Assembly (NCBI GenBank): GCA_038208295.1
Contig: JBBQYX010000004.1
Location: 7,966-71,965, forward strand
Reading direction: 5' to 3'
From: Candidatus Nanopelagicales bacterium
GTDB lineage: Bacteria > Actinomycetota > Actinomycetes > S36-B12 > JBBQYX01
Length of the DNA: 64,000 nucleotides
Shown here: in pieces, positions 48,486-56,929 of the stretch
Layout of the letters: each line of letters opens with the position of its first letter
Position numbering within the stretch: the first letter of the stretch is position 1
Translations under genes and position numbers: made by a program
Notes under the pieces: model-generated
Told to the model about the DNA's origin: nothing
The model's database searches: none
The model's input: only the letters and a program-made list of their open reading frames with translations

Positions 48486-49204
48486 TGCTGCGCCGCCACA
48501 GTCGCAGCAGGCGCGGGCGGCGTACCCGCCTTCTTCGACCAGCCGGGTGCGAACGGGCCCTGCACCGCCCACAAGGTCGCCAACGTCGGCAGCAGGGCCA
48601 GACCGACCAGGGCGAGGACGAGGGTCGGGCGGGGCAGGCCGGGCAGCACCACCAGCCGGGCTGCGGTGGCGGCCACCACCAGGACGACACAGACCAGCGT
48701 GACGATCTGGAACGCGGCATTGCGGACGTCGGTGCCGGTACCGAGCCCGTGCAGCACCGCGATGGCCCAGGCCGGGTAGGTCAGCGCGTGCGTGGCGCGC
48801 CAGGCCCGCTCGCTCAGCCGGGGACGCAGCGCCGTGGTGATCATCGCGGCAATGATGAGGTCCACCGCCAGGGTGCCCAGGCCCAGCCACACCGTCCGGT
48901 ACGGGGACAGGAACGGCACCACCGAATCGAGCCACGAGATGTCGACAAAGGAGTCCAGCACTGCGGTGACGATGTGCACCACCAGCAGACTCAAGGTCAT
49001 CAGGGCCAGCTTGCGGTGCAGCTCGTTCGTCACGAAAACCGGCATCCGGAACGGCAGTGCGCGCACCGATGACCCGATCCCGAGCATCACCACCACAGTG
49101 AGCTGGACGAGCAAAACGATGCCGGTGGCCCGGTTGAGCCACCACAGCGTCTGCGACGGCAACTCCAGCCCGGCCGCTGCGACTGCCAGTGTTGCGGGGG
49201 TCAT
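48482..49204 (-). CDS. Ferric-reductase-like (FRD/MsrQ-like) di-haem transmembrane protein
   Basis: 240 aa with about 6 TM helices. Two His pairs lie inside helices (H-x14-H in HRKLALMTLSLLVVH, H-x13-H in HALTYPAWAIAVLH). A GAGGAGAG RBS lies upstream. Confidence 0.75.
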   Translation of the reverse strand: MTPATLAVAAAGLELPSQTLWWLNRATGIVLLVQLTVVVMLGIGSSVRALPFRMPVFVTNELHRKLALMTLSLLVVHIVTAVLDSFVDISWLDSVVPFLSPYRTVWLGLGTLAVDLIIAAMITTALRPRLSERAWRATHALTYPAWAIAVLHGLGTGTDVRNAAFQIVTLVCVVLVVAATAARLVVLPGLPRPTLVLALVGLALLPTLATLWAVQGPFAPGWSKKAGTPPAPAATVAAQQ

Positions 49205-49505
49205 TCACTCTCCTCGTGCGGACCGGTCAGGTGCGGCGACATCCTTACGGTTCAGGTTATGGACTCGTGATGAACCGTGTCGTGAGTGGTGGCGCGTGGT
49301 GAGGTTCGATCGTGAAATAGCGGCCTTGAGCCACCAACCGGAGTGAGCACAGTTGTGGGTCGGGCGTCCGGCCATACCTGCCTCGGGCGGCGTACCTCGT
49401 GCACGCGTTCGCTAGGAACTGGCTCGTGCTCAGCGACATGCGTGGTCAGGAACTGGTCGACGTCGGCCAGGCGCATGCCGTCCGGGACTGACCTCAAGAC
49501 CCCGC

Positions 49506-50492
49506 TCAGCACGGGGCGGGCCAGGGGTCAACGGTGACGACGGTGCCGTCGGCGGCGACCAGTCGCGCGGGTAGTCCGGCCCGGACGAGCCAGCCGCGGG
49601 CTTCGTTGCCGAGCAGGATCGCGGCGCTGGTGGCGGCGTTGGCGTCCACGCACGTGGCTCCGGCCACGGTGACCGTGCGCCACACCTCACGGGCCGGTCG
49701 GGCGGTCCGGGGATCGAGCAGGTGATGCACCTCGCGGCGCCCGGCCCCCCAGCGGCGTACGACAGTGGTGGAGGTCGCCAGCCCGCCCACCGCCAACGCG
49801 ATGCGGGCGATGGGGGCGTCCTGCGGCAACGGCTCGTGGCGTTCAGCTACCTCAACCAGGAAGCCGGGGCTGCCCTCGGGGACCCCGGCCACTGCCAGGT
49901 CACCACCCAAGCCGGCCAGGACGGGAGACCCGGTTGCCTCATACGCCGCACGCGCCGCGGCATCGCTGGCCCAGGCCTTGGCGCTGGCGCCCAGGTCGAG
50001 GATGGTGCCCGAGGGAATCTGCAGGGTGCCGGCGGCTTCGTCCAGCCGGACGGCCCGGTAATCCGGTCGGGTCGCAGCCTTGATCCGGGCGTAGCGGGGT
50101 GCACCTGCGGTTTCGGTGGCAAGTCGTACGTCGGAGATGTCCCGGTCGTAGCCGTACGCCACCAACAACCCGCCGATCGTCGGATCGATGAGGCCGCCGG
50201 TGTCACGTGCCACGTCCAGCCCGCAACGGACCAAATCCAGCATCAGCGGGCTGATCTCAACCGGTCGGCCTTCGGCCGTATTGACCGCGGCCAGTTCGGA
50301 ATCCGGCCGGAACCTGCTGGCGGCCTTATCGACTGCGGCCGTCACCTGGGCCATGGCCGCGCGGGCGACCGGTAGGTCCGCCGCCCGTGTGCACACGATG
50401 GTGGCGGTGGTGGACCACAAGGGCCAGGACTGACTGACCCAGGGCAGGCAGTCGTCCAGGTTGACCGCACCGGTGGGAGCCGGCGCGGTCAT
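49506..50492 (-). CDS. apbE: FAD:protein FMN transferase (ApbE family), with no signal peptide of its own
   Basis: 328 aa from ATG 50492. It contains WSTTATIV, SRFRPDSELAAVN, GLIDPTIG, ILDLGASAKAWASD and HHLLDPRT. The first 40 aa have no hydrophobic h-region. Confidence 0.85.
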   Translation of the reverse strand: MTAPAPTGAVNLDDCLPWVSQSWPLWSTTATIVCTRAADLPVARAAMAQVTAAVDKAASRFRPDSELAAVNTAEGRPVEISPLMLDLVRCGLDVARDTGGLIDPTIGGLLVAYGYDRDISDVRLATETAGAPRYARIKAATRPDYRAVRLDEAAGTLQIPSGTILDLGASAKAWASDAAARAAYEATGSPVLAGLGGDLAVAGVPEGSPGFLVEVAERHEPLPQDAPIARIALAVGGLATSTTVVRRWGAGRREVHHLLDPRTARPAREVWRTVTVAGATCVDANAATSAAILLGNEARGWLVRAGLPARLVAADGTVVTVDPWPAPC

Positions 50493-51190
50493 CACGAGCC
50501 GGACGTCTTGGGGGGTGCAGGGGCTGGAGCCGGGGCCGCCTTCGGTGGCGGCGGCGGAGCCGGCGCGGCCTTCGGCGGGGGCGGGGGTGCCGGTGCGGCC
50601 TTGGGCGGTGCGGGCGCTGGCTTCGGGGCCGGTTTGGCGGCTGGCTTCGGGGCCGGTTTGGCGGCTGGCTTGGCGGCCGGTTTGGCGGCCGGCTTGGGCG
50701 CTGCCTTCGTGGCCGGCTTGGGCGCTGCCTTCGTGGCTGGTTTGGCGGCTGGTTTGGCGGCTGGTTGGGCGGCCGGCTTGGGGGTGCTCTTCGTGGCGGA
50801 CCGCGCGGGCGATGACTTCACCACGGCTTGCTGAGTCGCCTTGCCCGGCGCCGGCTGGGATGCCTTGGTGCCCGCAACGACCGGTGGTTTGGTCGGGGCC
50901 ACCGCGGCGGCTGCCGCTGGCGCCTGCGGGGCGGCTGGCTGCTTGACCGCGGCAGGAGCCTTGGCCGGGGCCGCCGGCACCGCGACCTCGGCGGTGGTCG
51001 GCACCGCAACGGCGGGGTCGGGGACGATCACCGACGCGGCGGCGTCCGCGACGGTCGCTTCCGTGCTCGGCGCAGCCAGCGCTGCGGTGACGATCCCGGT
51101 AGCTGCGACGGTCCCCACCGTGGCAGCGGCCGTCAGGATGTCGACCGTACGGGTGCCGACGTTGCGGCGTCGGGTGGCTCCGGAACGCAT
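50492..51190 (-). CDS. Tat-signal/anchor protein with a long Pro/Ala/Lys-rich repeat region and no other domain (possibly the detached N-terminus of ApbE)
   Basis: 232 aa. It has RRRNVG plus the hydrophobic stretch ILTAAATVGTVAATGIVTAALAAP, then (AAKPA/APKPA)n and PPPPK repeats. Its stop overlaps the apbE ATG (TGATG). Confidence 0.6.
   Translation of the reverse strand: MRSGATRRRNVGTRTVDILTAAATVGTVAATGIVTAALAAPSTEATVADAAASVIVPDPAVAVPTTAEVAVPAAPAKAPAAVKQPAAPQAPAAAAAVAPTKPPVVAGTKASQPAPGKATQQAVVKSSPARSATKSTPKPAAQPAAKPAAKPATKAAPKPATKAAPKPAAKPAAKPAAKPAPKPAAKPAPKPAPAPPKAAPAPPPPPKAAPAPPPPPKAAPAPAPAPPKTSGS
50520..50790. repeat. Low-complexity 15/30-nt coding repeats (GGCGGCYGGYTTGGC-like) encoding the PAK-rich tract
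   Basis: Read directly from the sequence: repeated gcggctggtttggcg / gccggcttgggcgctgccttcgtg units. Confidence 0.75.
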
Positions 51191-51579
51191 ACTGTCCCCT
51201 CCAGTTCGCAGCGCCGGTCTCTGCCCGGTGCCTTTGCCCTACGACCAGGGCTCTCGCCCGCCCAGGTTTGCGCACGAGCGCACTCCGTGACGGTGCCTTT
51301 CGACCCGCGTGATCCACACCGGGGAAACCCCGACCCGCGGTGCGTGCGTGCCTAACCCTGCCCGATCAGCCGCTAAGCCCATCGTGGGCCGGCGGCTAAG
51401 CCGTCGATAATGTGCCCGTCAGCGCCCCGTACGGAATGCCGTGGGCCGACCATCCCCCGCCCGCCGGCCCCGGCCCCTCGGCAGCACAGTGCACGACTAG
51501 GTCAGGCGGATAGGGTCGAGTGTCACATCCGGCGAGCCCGGTCCACCATCCGCGCGATTCGTAGCCGAAGGAGATCCGC

Positions 51580-51789
51580 ATGGCAGTCCGAGACGCCGGC
51601 GACCAGCAGCGCGCCAGCCGGGCGACCGAGGAAGCGGCCGAGACCACGACCGAGACGGCCGGGGATCTCGCCGCGCGCAAAGAGCAATTGGATTCCGACG
51701 TCGACGCGATTCTCGACGAGATCGACGATGTCCTCGAGGAGAACGCCGAGGACTTCGTGAAGTCCTTTGTGCAGAAGGGTGGGGAGTGA
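51580..51789 (+). CDS. pup: Prokaryotic ubiquitin-like protein Pup (C-terminal GGE)
   Basis: 69 aa. It contains [30 protein letters not shown], and a GAAGGAG RBS lies upstream. Confidence 0.97.
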   Translation: MAVRDAGDQQRASRATEEAAETTTETAGDLAARKEQLDSDVDAILDEIDDVLEENAEDFVKSFVQKGGE

Positions 51790-51865
51790 CCCGGTGGTCG
51801 ACGGTGGGGGTACGTACGCGGTCCGCGGATCACTCGGTATCGGAGCGGGCGGGCGACCGGCCCGA

Positions 51866-52729
51866 ATGGGGGACGGCCTGCCCGCGGCCTTCCGGCGTCC
51901 CGGATCCAGTTCGTTCTGCGAGTTGCTCGCCGAGCATGATCCGGGACTTCTGCCGGGCACGCGATGGGGCGACATGCTGACCGCGGGGTCGCGCGACGAG
52001 CACATCCTGGCGCCGCACGGGACGACCATCGTCGCGGCGACCTATCCCGGTGGCGTGGTCATGGCGGGCGACCGGCGGGCCACCATGGGCAACATCATCG
52101 CCCAGCGGGACATTGAGAAGGTGTTCGCGGCCGACGAGCACTCCTGCGTCGGGATCGCCGGCACCGCCGGGATCGCCGTCGAACTCGTCCGGCTGTTCCA
52201 GGTGGAGCTGGAGCACTACGAGAAGATCGAGGGCTTGCCGCTGTCCATGGACGGCAAGGCCAACCGGCTGTCCACGCTGCTGCGCGGCAACCTCGGCCTG
52301 GCGATGCAGGGGCTGGCCGCGGTCCCGCTGTTCGCCGGCTACGACCTGGCCCGGGAGACCGGGCGAATCTTCTCCTATGACGTCACTGGCGGCCGCTACG
52401 AGGAGCATTCCTGGCATTCGGTGGGTTCAGGATCGATGTTCGCCCGGGGTGCGCTGAAGAAGCTGTACCGCCCCGACCTGAGCGCGACGGACACCGTGGT
52501 GGTCACCCTGGAGGCGCTGTACGACGCCGCCGATGACGACTCGGCGACCGGCGGTCCGGATTTGGCCCGGCGGATTTACCCGGTCGTGCTGGTCGTCGAT
52601 GCCGATGGGGTACGCCGGTTGCCCGATGCCGAACTCGAGCCCCTGGTCCGCGAGGTGGTGGCCGGTCGGCTGGCCCGCCCCGACGGCCCGGTGGCCCTGC
52701 CGCGTACCGTCCCGGAGGCCTCGGCATGA
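51866..52729 (+). CDS. prcB: 20S proteasome beta subunit PrcB (with propeptide)
   Basis: It contains [27 protein letters not shown] ... [38 protein letters not shown] chose the ATG at 51866 because GC3 drops upstream of it. An alternative GTG at 51794 has a GGGGAG RBS. Confidence 0.9.
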   Translation: MGDGLPAAFRRPGSSSFCELLAEHDPGLLPGTRWGDMLTAGSRDEHILAPHGTTIVAATYPGGVVMAGDRRATMGNIIAQRDIEKVFAADEHSCVGIAGTAGIAVELVRLFQVELEHYEKIEGLPLSMDGKANRLSTLLRGNLGLAMQGLAAVPLFAGYDLARETGRIFSYDVTGGRYEEHSWHSVGSGSMFARGALKKLYRPDLSATDTVVVTLEALYDAADDDSATGGPDLARRIYPVVLVVDADGVRRLPDAELEPLVREVVAGRLARPDGPVALPRTVPEASA

Positions 52730-53586
52730 GCGTCCCGTTCTACGTCTCGCCCGAGCAGATCATGAAGGACAAGGCGGACTACGCCCGCAAGGGCATCGCC
52801 CGCGGCCGCTCCGTCGTGGTCCTGCAGTACGACGGCGGCATCGCCTTCGTCGCGGAGAACCCGTCCCGGGCGCTGCACAAGATCTCCGAAATTTACGACC
52901 GGCTCGCCTTCGCCGCGGTCGGCAAGTACAACGAGTTCGAGAACCTGCGGGTCGCCGGGGTCCGGCTGGCCGATCTGCGCGGCTATTCCTACGACCGGGC
53001 CGATGTGACCGGTCGCAGCCTGGCCAATGCGTACGCCCAGACGCTGGGCACGATCTTCACCGAGACGCCCAAGCCGTACGAGGTCGAGATTGTCGTGGCC
53101 GAGGTGGGGGAGCGGGCCGCCGCCGACCAGATGTACCGGTTGACGTTCGACGGCTCGGTCGCCGACGAGCATGGTTTCGTCGCGATGGGTGGCTCGGCCG
53201 AGTCAATCTCGACCGCGCTGACCGAACGTTGGCACGAGGGGCTCAGCCTGGCGGAGGCAGTCGGACTGGCCGTGGAGCTCCTGGGCCGGGACTCCGGCCA
53301 GCCGCGCACCCTCACCCCGGCGCAGTTGGAGGTTGCCGTCCTGGACCGCGCGCGGCCCCGGCGCAAGTTCCGCCGGTTGACCGGTGCGCGGCTGGCCGAT
53401 CTGCTCGGGGTCTCCGACGACACCCCGCCCGGTGCCGACATCCCCGACGCCGAACCCGGCCCGCGCGGCGCCGGTGGGGCCGGGGCGCAGACGCCGACCA
53501 GTGGTGAGCAATCGGAGGCACCAGTGACGCAGCCGCGCACCGAGGCCGGCTCCGTACCGGACGCGGCTGAGCGCCCGGACGCCTAA
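52726..53586 (+). CDS. prcA: 20S proteasome alpha subunit PrcA
   Basis: It begins [29 protein letters not shown]...[24 protein letters not shown] and overlaps the prcB stop by 4 nt. Confidence 0.96.
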   Translation: MSVPFYVSPEQIMKDKADYARKGIARGRSVVVLQYDGGIAFVAENPSRALHKISEIYDRLAFAAVGKYNEFENLRVAGVRLADLRGYSYDRADVTGRSLANAYAQTLGTIFTETPKPYEVEIVVAEVGERAAADQMYRLTFDGSVADEHGFVAMGGSAESISTALTERWHEGLSLAEAVGLAVELLGRDSGQPRTLTPAQLEVAVLDRARPRRKFRRLTGARLADLLGVSDDTPPGADIPDAEPGPRGAGGAGAQTPTSGEQSEAPVTQPRTEAGSVPDAAERPDA

Positions 53587-53597
53587 GGTCACGACAT
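53530..53597 (+). repeat. Direct repeat copy 1 (functional prcA 3' end, stop codon and 11 nt downstream)
   Basis: My manual alignment gives 60/68 identities with 54300-54367. Confidence 0.85.
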
Positions 53598-53625
53598 TGC
53601 GCCCCACTCGAAGTATGATGATCGT

Positions 53626-53883
53626 ATGAAACGCATCACGGTGAGCTTGCCGGACGAGTTGGTGGACAGGATCAAGCGGGCGGCTGGCGGTGACGGACAG
53701 GTCAGTTCTTACGTCGCCACGGCACTAGCGGAATACCAGGAGCAGGAGAGCTTGGACGAGCTGTTGGCGGCTTGGCGGGCTGAGTCACCGGTCCCGGACG
53801 AGGTGCGCCAGCAGGTCGAGGCCGAGTTGAACGACGTCGGACTGACTGGTCCCGTCAGGCGACGGTCACGGGCCGCTGGGTGA
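53626..53883 (+). CDS. vapB: Ribbon-helix-helix (CopG/VapB-like) antitoxin
   Basis: 85 aa. MKRITVSLPDELVDRIKRAA is a classic RHH N-terminus. The gene overlaps the PIN gene by 4 nt. Confidence 0.85.
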   Translation: MKRITVSLPDELVDRIKRAAGGDGQVSSYVATALAEYQEQESLDELLAAWRAESPVPDEVRQQVEAELNDVGLTGPVRRRSRAAG

Positions 53884-54275
53884 CGATGCCGGCAACGGTC
53901 GGACTCACCCTGGACACCGGAGCTCTCCTGGCTCTCGATCACCCGAGCAAGGCCGTCGTCATGCAGGCCCGGTTGGACCAGGCGCGGCGTCGCGGCGCGG
54001 CGATCTGCGTTCCCGCCGGAGTCGTCGCGCAGGCATGGCGTGGGCCGCGGCAGGTCCGCATGGCTCGGTTGCTCAAGTCGTCCGACGTCGACATCGTGCT
54101 CATGACCCTGAGCGTGGCCCGAGCAGTGGGCGTCATCTGCGCCACCACAGGTCACACCGACGTGGTCGACGTCCATGTCGCACTGTGCGCCCGAGACCGT
54201 CACCACGCGGTGGTCACCAGCGATCCCGACGACATCGCTCGCATCGACCCCACGTTGCGGCTGATTCGCGCCTGA
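53880..54275 (+). CDS. vapC: PIN-domain toxin (VapC-like ribonuclease)
   Basis: 131 aa. It has LTLDTGALLAL (first acidic residue), DVVDVHVALCA and VVTSDPDDIARI (distal acidic residues) in PIN order. Confidence 0.8.
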   Translation: MTMPATVGLTLDTGALLALDHPSKAVVMQARLDQARRRGAAICVPAGVVAQAWRGPRQVRMARLLKSSDVDIVLMTLSVARAVGVICATTGHTDVVDVHVALCARDRHHAVVTSDPDDIARIDPTLRLIRA

Positions 54276-54299
54276 CCCCAGGATTTGCTCGGGCAAGGC

Positions 54300-54367
54300 C
54301 AGCCGCGCACCGATGCCGGCTCCGTACCGGACGCGGCAGAGCGCCCCGACGCTTAGATTGACGACAT
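54300..54367 (+). repeat. Direct repeat copy 2 (relic prcA tail [18 protein letters not shown]-stop, ending in the AT of the pafA ATG)
   Basis: It keeps the prcA reading frame and a stop codon (TAG at 54354-54356). Differences from copy 1 inside the coding part are mostly synonymous. Confidence 0.85.
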
Positions 54368-55736
54368 GGACCGCCGCATCTTCGGGATCGAAACCGAGTA
54401 CGGCGTCACCTGCACGTTCAAGGGGCAGCGGCGGCTGAGCCCCGACGAGGTGGCCCGCTACCTGTTCCGCCGGGTGGTGTCCTGGGGGCGCAGCAGCAAC
54501 GTGTTCCTGCGCAACGGCGCCCGGTTGTATCTGGATGTGGGCAGCCATCCGGAGTACGCCACCCCCGAGTGCGACGACATCGCCGAGCTGGTGGCTCACG
54601 ACAAGGCCGGCGAACGGATCCTGGAGGGCCTGCTGGTCGACGCCGAACGGCGGCTGCGGGAAGAGGGCATCGCCGGCGACGTCTATCTGTTCAAGAACAA
54701 CACCGACTCGGCCGGCAATTCGTACGGCTGCCACGAGAACTACCTGGTCGGCCGGCACGGCGAGTTCGGCCGGCTGGCCGATGCGCTGATCCCATTCCTG
54801 GTCTCCCGGCAGATCGTCAGCGGCGCCGGCAAGGTGCTGCAAACTCCGCGCGGGGCCGTGTTCTGCGTCAGCCAGCGGGCCGAACACATCTGGGAGGGCG
54901 TTTCCAGCGCCACCACGCGCAGCCGTCCGATCATCAACACCCGCGACGAGCCGCACGCCGACGCCGAACGGTTCCGCCGCCTGCATGTAATCGTCGGTGA
55001 CTCGACGATGAGCGAGACGACGATGATGCTCAAGGTGGGCTCGACCGACCTGGTGCTGCGCATGCTCGAGTCCGGGGCTGTGCTGCGGGACCTCACCCTG
55101 GAGAACCCGATCCGAGCCATCCGGGAGATCAGCCACGACCCCACCGGCCGCAAAGTGGTGCGCCTAGCGAACGGCCGGGAACTGTCCGCGCTGCAGATCC
55201 AGCGCGAGTACTTCGAGCGGGCGGCCGACTTCGCCGCCCGCCGCGGGCTGCTGGCGGATCCGCTGTCGATCCCAGCCCGCGTGGTCGACCTGTGGGGCCG
55301 CACGCTGGAGGCCGTGGAGTCGCAGGACCTGTCCCTGGTGGCCCGCGAAATCGATTGGGTGATCAAGCAGCAGTTGCTCGAGCGATACATGAGCAAGCAC
55401 GGGATGACCCTGTCCGACCCGCGCATCGCCCAGCTCGACCTTGCCTACCACGACATCACCCGGACCCGCGGCCTGTACTACCTGTTGGAGCGCCGCGGCG
55501 CGGTGGCCCGGGTCACCCACGACATGGCGATTTTCGCGGCGAAGTCCATACCGCCGCAGCAGACCCGCGCGAAACTGCGCGGCGACTTCATCCGCCGCGC
55601 CCAGGAACGCCGCCGCGACTTCACCGTCGACTGGGTGCACTTGAAACTCAACGACCAGGCGCAGCGGACAGTGCTGTGCAAGGACCCCTTCCGGTCCGCC
55701 GACGAGCGGGTGGAGAAGCTGATCGCCAGCATGTGA
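54366..55736 (+). CDS. pafA: Pup--protein ligase PafA
   Basis: It contains [45 protein letters not shown] and [24 protein letters not shown]. Confidence 0.97.
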   Translation: MDRRIFGIETEYGVTCTFKGQRRLSPDEVARYLFRRVVSWGRSSNVFLRNGARLYLDVGSHPEYATPECDDIAELVAHDKAGERILEGLLVDAERRLREEGIAGDVYLFKNNTDSAGNSYGCHENYLVGRHGEFGRLADALIPFLVSRQIVSGAGKVLQTPRGAVFCVSQRAEHIWEGVSSATTRSRPIINTRDEPHADAERFRRLHVIVGDSTMSETTMMLKVGSTDLVLRMLESGAVLRDLTLENPIRAIREISHDPTGRKVVRLANGRELSALQIQREYFERAADFAARRGLLADPLSIPARVVDLWGRTLEAVESQDLSLVAREIDWVIKQQLLERYMSKHGMTLSDPRIAQLDLAYHDITRTRGLYYLLERRGAVARVTHDMAIFAAKSIPPQQTRAKLRGDFIRRAQERRRDFTVDWVHLKLNDQAQRTVLCKDPFRSADERVEKLIASM

Positions 55737-55813
55737 CTCCCGGCGGGGGCGCTGCGACAGGACCGGGCGCCCAGCCGCAGGAGAGGCCACCACGGTCGGG
55801 ATAGGGTTTCGCA

Positions 55814-56425
55814 GTGCCGCTTTCCCCTTTGCTGACCCGCGTCCCACCTCATTCGATCGGCGACGACCACGCTCGGCTGCGGCCGGGCGTGCGTACCCGC
55901 TTCGCGCTGTTCGCCGCGGTGGTAGCGGTGCTGCTCGCTGGTTGCGGCTCCACCGGCAGCAGCGACGCTATGACGACGTCGGCCGACTCGGGCTCGCCGA
56001 CGGTCGTGCAGCAGGACGTCACGGTGGGTCCGGTCTCGGTGCTGGACACCCAGATCGGGGTCACCCCGAAGGTGGTCGTCAAGCCCGGGGCGCCCGTACC
56101 GGAGACGTTGACGACCGAGGACCTCATCCTCGGCACCGGCCCGGAGGTCGTCCCCACCGATAGCGTGACGGCCAACTATGTGGGGGTGGGCCTGAACACC
56201 GGCAAGGTGTTCGACTCCAGCTTCGATCGCGGCTCGCCAGCACCGTTCCCGCTGGCCAACGTCATCGCGGGCTGGCAGCAGGGGATTCCCGGTATGCAGG
56301 TCGGGGGCCGTCGGCTGCTGGTGATTCCGGCGGATCTCGCGTACGGCGCCAACCCCCCGCCCGGCTCCGGGATCGAACCCAACGAGCCACTGGCCTTCGT
56401 CGTCGACCTGGTCAGCGTGCCCTGA
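55814..56425 (+). CDS. FKBP-type peptidyl-prolyl isomerase, lipoprotein
   Basis: It has lipobox LLAGCGS and an FKBP core VTANYVGVGLNTGKVFDSSFDRGSPAPFPLANVIAGWQQGIPGMQVGGRRLLVIPADLAYG. An alternative GTG start exists at 55889. Confidence 0.88.
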   Translation: MPLSPLLTRVPPHSIGDDHARLRPGVRTRFALFAAVVAVLLAGCGSTGSSDAMTTSADSGSPTVVQQDVTVGPVSVLDTQIGVTPKVVVKPGAPVPETLTTEDLILGTGPEVVPTDSVTANYVGVGLNTGKVFDSSFDRGSPAPFPLANVIAGWQQGIPGMQVGGRRLLVIPADLAYGANPPPGSGIEPNEPLAFVVDLVSVP

Positions 56426-56546
56426 CGGCCGCAGCGCCATCCTCAGACCCTGTCCCGCCGCGCGACCCTCAGCCTTCGGGCGGGGCAGCAGTCCAGCTCA
56501 CCCCGCCCATCACACCCAACCAACACACCTCAGCAGGAGGCTCCGT

Positions 56547-56912
56547 ATGGCCGCACTGGAACGCCCCGAGATCGACTTCCCCGAGGGTGACCCGCCCGCC
56601 ACGCTGCAGATCGTCGACCTGGTGGTCGGTGACGGCGCGCAGGCCACGCCGGGTGCCCAGGTCAAGGTGCACTACGTCGGCGTCGACTTCGCGACGGGTG
56701 AGGAGTTCGACGCCTCCTGGGACCGGGGGCAGGCCATCGACTTCCCGCTGCGCGGCCTGATCGTCGGATGGCAGGAGGGTATCCCCGGGATGCGGGTCGG
56801 CGGCCGTCGCCGGCTGACGATCCCGCCGGAGCAGGCGTACGGGACGACCGGCGGGCACCGCCTGTCCGGGCGCACGCTGGTGTTCGTGATCGACCTGCTC
56901 GGCATGGCCTGA
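56547..56912 (+). CDS. FKBP-type peptidyl-prolyl isomerase, cytoplasmic
   Basis: 121 aa, containing VKVHYVGVDFATGEEFDASWDRGQAIDFPLRGLIVGWQEGIPGMRVGGRRRLTIPPEQAYG. Confidence 0.9.
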   Translation: MAALERPEIDFPEGDPPATLQIVDLVVGDGAQATPGAQVKVHYVGVDFATGEEFDASWDRGQAIDFPLRGLIVGWQEGIPGMRVGGRRRLTIPPEQAYGTTGGHRLSGRTLVFVIDLLGMA

Positions 56913-56929
56913 GGCTGCGACTCCCGGCC

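Larger units (their letters stand above)
53598..54299 (+). mobile_element. Inserted vapBC toxin-antitoxin cassette bounded by 68-bp direct repeats (no recombinase visible)
   Basis: The 702-nt segment lies between the two repeat copies. It starts with an AT-richer patch (tgcgccccactcgaagtatgatgatcgtATG) and interrupts the otherwise tight prcA-pafA junction. Confidence 0.55.

Noticed and set aside
47151-49208. 685-aa ORF read as a single protein
   Set aside because: Its first ~240 codons overlap, out of frame, the FRD-like membrane gene (48482..49204), which has coherent TM helices. The NuoF-like homology begins only at the internal ATG 48485, which is ATGA-coupled to the FRD stop.
49252-49512. 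86-aa minus-strand ORF in the apbE-FRD gap
   Set aside because: It has no motif or hydrophobic segment, GC3 decays after ~30 codons, and it overlaps the apbE stop. I keep it only as a possibility under the gap finding.
51173-51184. SGAT at residues 3-6 of the PAK-rich protein as an ApbE flavinylation motif
   Set aside because: The tetrapeptide lies in the cytoplasmic n-region ahead of the Tat/anchor helix and outside any FMN-binding fold. It is most likely coincidental.
53709-55136. 475-aa minus-strand ORF spanning vapBC and pafA
   Set aside because: It runs antisense across three well-supported plus-strand genes and an intergenic repeat. It has no recognisable domain.
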